DNA from: a virus
DNA length: 64,000 bases
Strand: one strand, 5' to 3'
IMG/VR virus record: IMGVR_UViG_3300042542_002916
Location: 12,206-76,205 of that record
Shown here in pieces: positions 63,098-64,000 of this stretch; the stretch's first letter is position 1; each line of letters opens with the position of its first letter. The notes under the pieces were generated by a model. The model did no database searches, was not told where the DNA came from, and worked only from the letters and a program-made list of their open reading frames with translations. Made by a program: the position numbers and the translations under genes.

Positions 63098-63421
63098 ATG
63101 GGAAGAAAAAAACAAGACACAAAGACAACTAATTCTGCTCCTAGACCAAACGAACATTGGGTGATTACAGAAGAAATCACTGTCAACGGACGCAAGGTAG
63201 TTAGAGGGACTGAACTATCTATAGAGGGTGAGCGTGGGAGATATAAGTTTCTCAAGCATGTATACAACCCTAAGACAGACTCATCGTGGATTGATGTGGT
63301 TGGTGGCTCCAATACCGCTGCCTCTCAGCACCGCTCCTTTAGGCAGGACAGGATTAAGACAGTCCACTGGAAGAACAAAGCTAGACCTACTCGTCAGACT
63401 AAGAAAGATTCAGTAGAATAG
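63098..63421 (+). CDS. Hypothetical protein (basic, SH3-like)
   Basis: GTELSIEGERGRYKF...WIDVVGG...RSFR.DRIK; TAGGAT 6 nt upstream. Confidence 0.65.
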   Translation: MGRKKQDTKTTNSAPRPNEHWVITEEITVNGRKVVRGTELSIEGERGRYKFLKHVYNPKTDSSWIDVVGGSNTAASQHRSFRQDRIKTVHWKNKARPTRQTKKDSVE

Positions 63422-63443
63422 TTCTGATTATTTAGGAGGAGCA

Positions 63444-63761
63444 ATGAAAGCTGATTTTTCTAACTGGACCCACAAACCAGAAAATCCTATCTTTTTAAAG
63501 GCATACGCTGAAAACGCTTTACTAGAAGGAGCAACTAGAGGAATTGTCCCTGTAGTTGTTTGGAGAGATGGAGAAGCGACTCTTACTCTCACTCCTCAAG
63601 AAGGTGAGCAAATTTACGACTTTGGTATTGTTGACCGCCGAGTTGTAGAGATTCCTGAAGAAGTTAAAAAAGGTTTAGAAGCTTACGATGAGATTGCGAT
63701 TCCTGAAGAAGAAGTTATTGAATCATCTCAGGAAAATCAGAAGACGGACTCCAAGCCTTAA
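63444..63761 (+). CDS. Hypothetical protein
   Basis: AGGAG RBS; 105-aa ORF. Confidence 0.55.
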   Translation: MKADFSNWTHKPENPIFLKAYAENALLEGATRGIVPVVVWRDGEATLTLTPQEGEQIYDFGIVDRRVVEIPEEVKKGLEAYDEIAIPEEEVIESSQENQKTDSKP

Positions 63762-64000
63762 ACTGGCGCAAGTGGGATTCGTAACTTCCTGTCCCCTTTA
63801 TCTTGATTTGAACCTTAACTGGGTACTTAGTGCTGATAGGCCAACAGATTGAACCGTGCCAAGTGTCAGGTGATTTCTTATTGAGGACCCAAGTATTAGT
63901 TGCTGTTGTATCTAAGCTTCCATCTGGTAACACACGAGCAAATCTTATTTTGATGTAGGAAGGTCTTTTCTCGGGGAGCTTCAAACCCACTTGAGTGCAA
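63715..64000 (-). CDS. Hypothetical protein, 3' part only (start probably beyond the window)
   Basis: Frame stays open to the window edge. Confidence 0.45.
   Translation of the reverse strand, partial: CTQVGLKLPEKRPSYIKIRFARVLPDGSLDTTATNTWVLNKKSPDTWHGSICWPISTKYPVKVQIKIKGTGSYESHLRQFKAWSPSSDFPEMIQ

Overview
A 64-kb segment of a large tailed dsDNA phage, with no bacterial housekeeping genes. The host is most likely an actinobacterium, possibly freshwater: there are two WhiB genes, many leaderless TANNNT-N6-start genes and an actinophage-type replication cassette. Layout: (1) 1-5.4 kb, + strand: end of a siphovirus-type tail module (decorated Dit, decorated hub/Tal-like protein, repeat fibre with S74 chaperone). 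(2) 5.4-16.4 kb, + strand: replication/recombination and regulation (PolA, RuvC-like, SNF2 helicase, Cas4/RecB-like nuclease, Sak4-like ATPase, DUF669 SSB, GT-B-like protein, DUF6378, two WhiB). (3) 16.4-45 kb, - strand: a ~24 kb block of collagen-like and Gly-rich virion fibre genes ending in a methyltransferase and a GT2-TPR glycosyltransferase, plus a metallophosphoesterase. (4) 45-55 kb: primase-helicase, an isolated terminase large subunit, a large Pro/Glu-rich surface protein, a serine recombinase, ThyX, a half-size PnuC and a Dam-type methylase. (5) 55-64 kb: small accessory genes (thermonuclease, proteasome-beta/HslV-like protease, HNH, pyruvyltransferase-like protein, M15 peptidase, NTP transferase, ABC-GNAT fusion) punctuated by a dispersed 24-bp GC-rich direct repeat. 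Best candidates for undescribed biology: the repeat-delimited gene cassettes with a nearby serine recombinase and res-like site; an exosporium-like collagen glycosylation locus; a nested (Russian-doll) domain architecture in Dit; and intact versus ligand-less cupredoxin domains on fibres. All calls come from motif reading by eye; no database searches were run.
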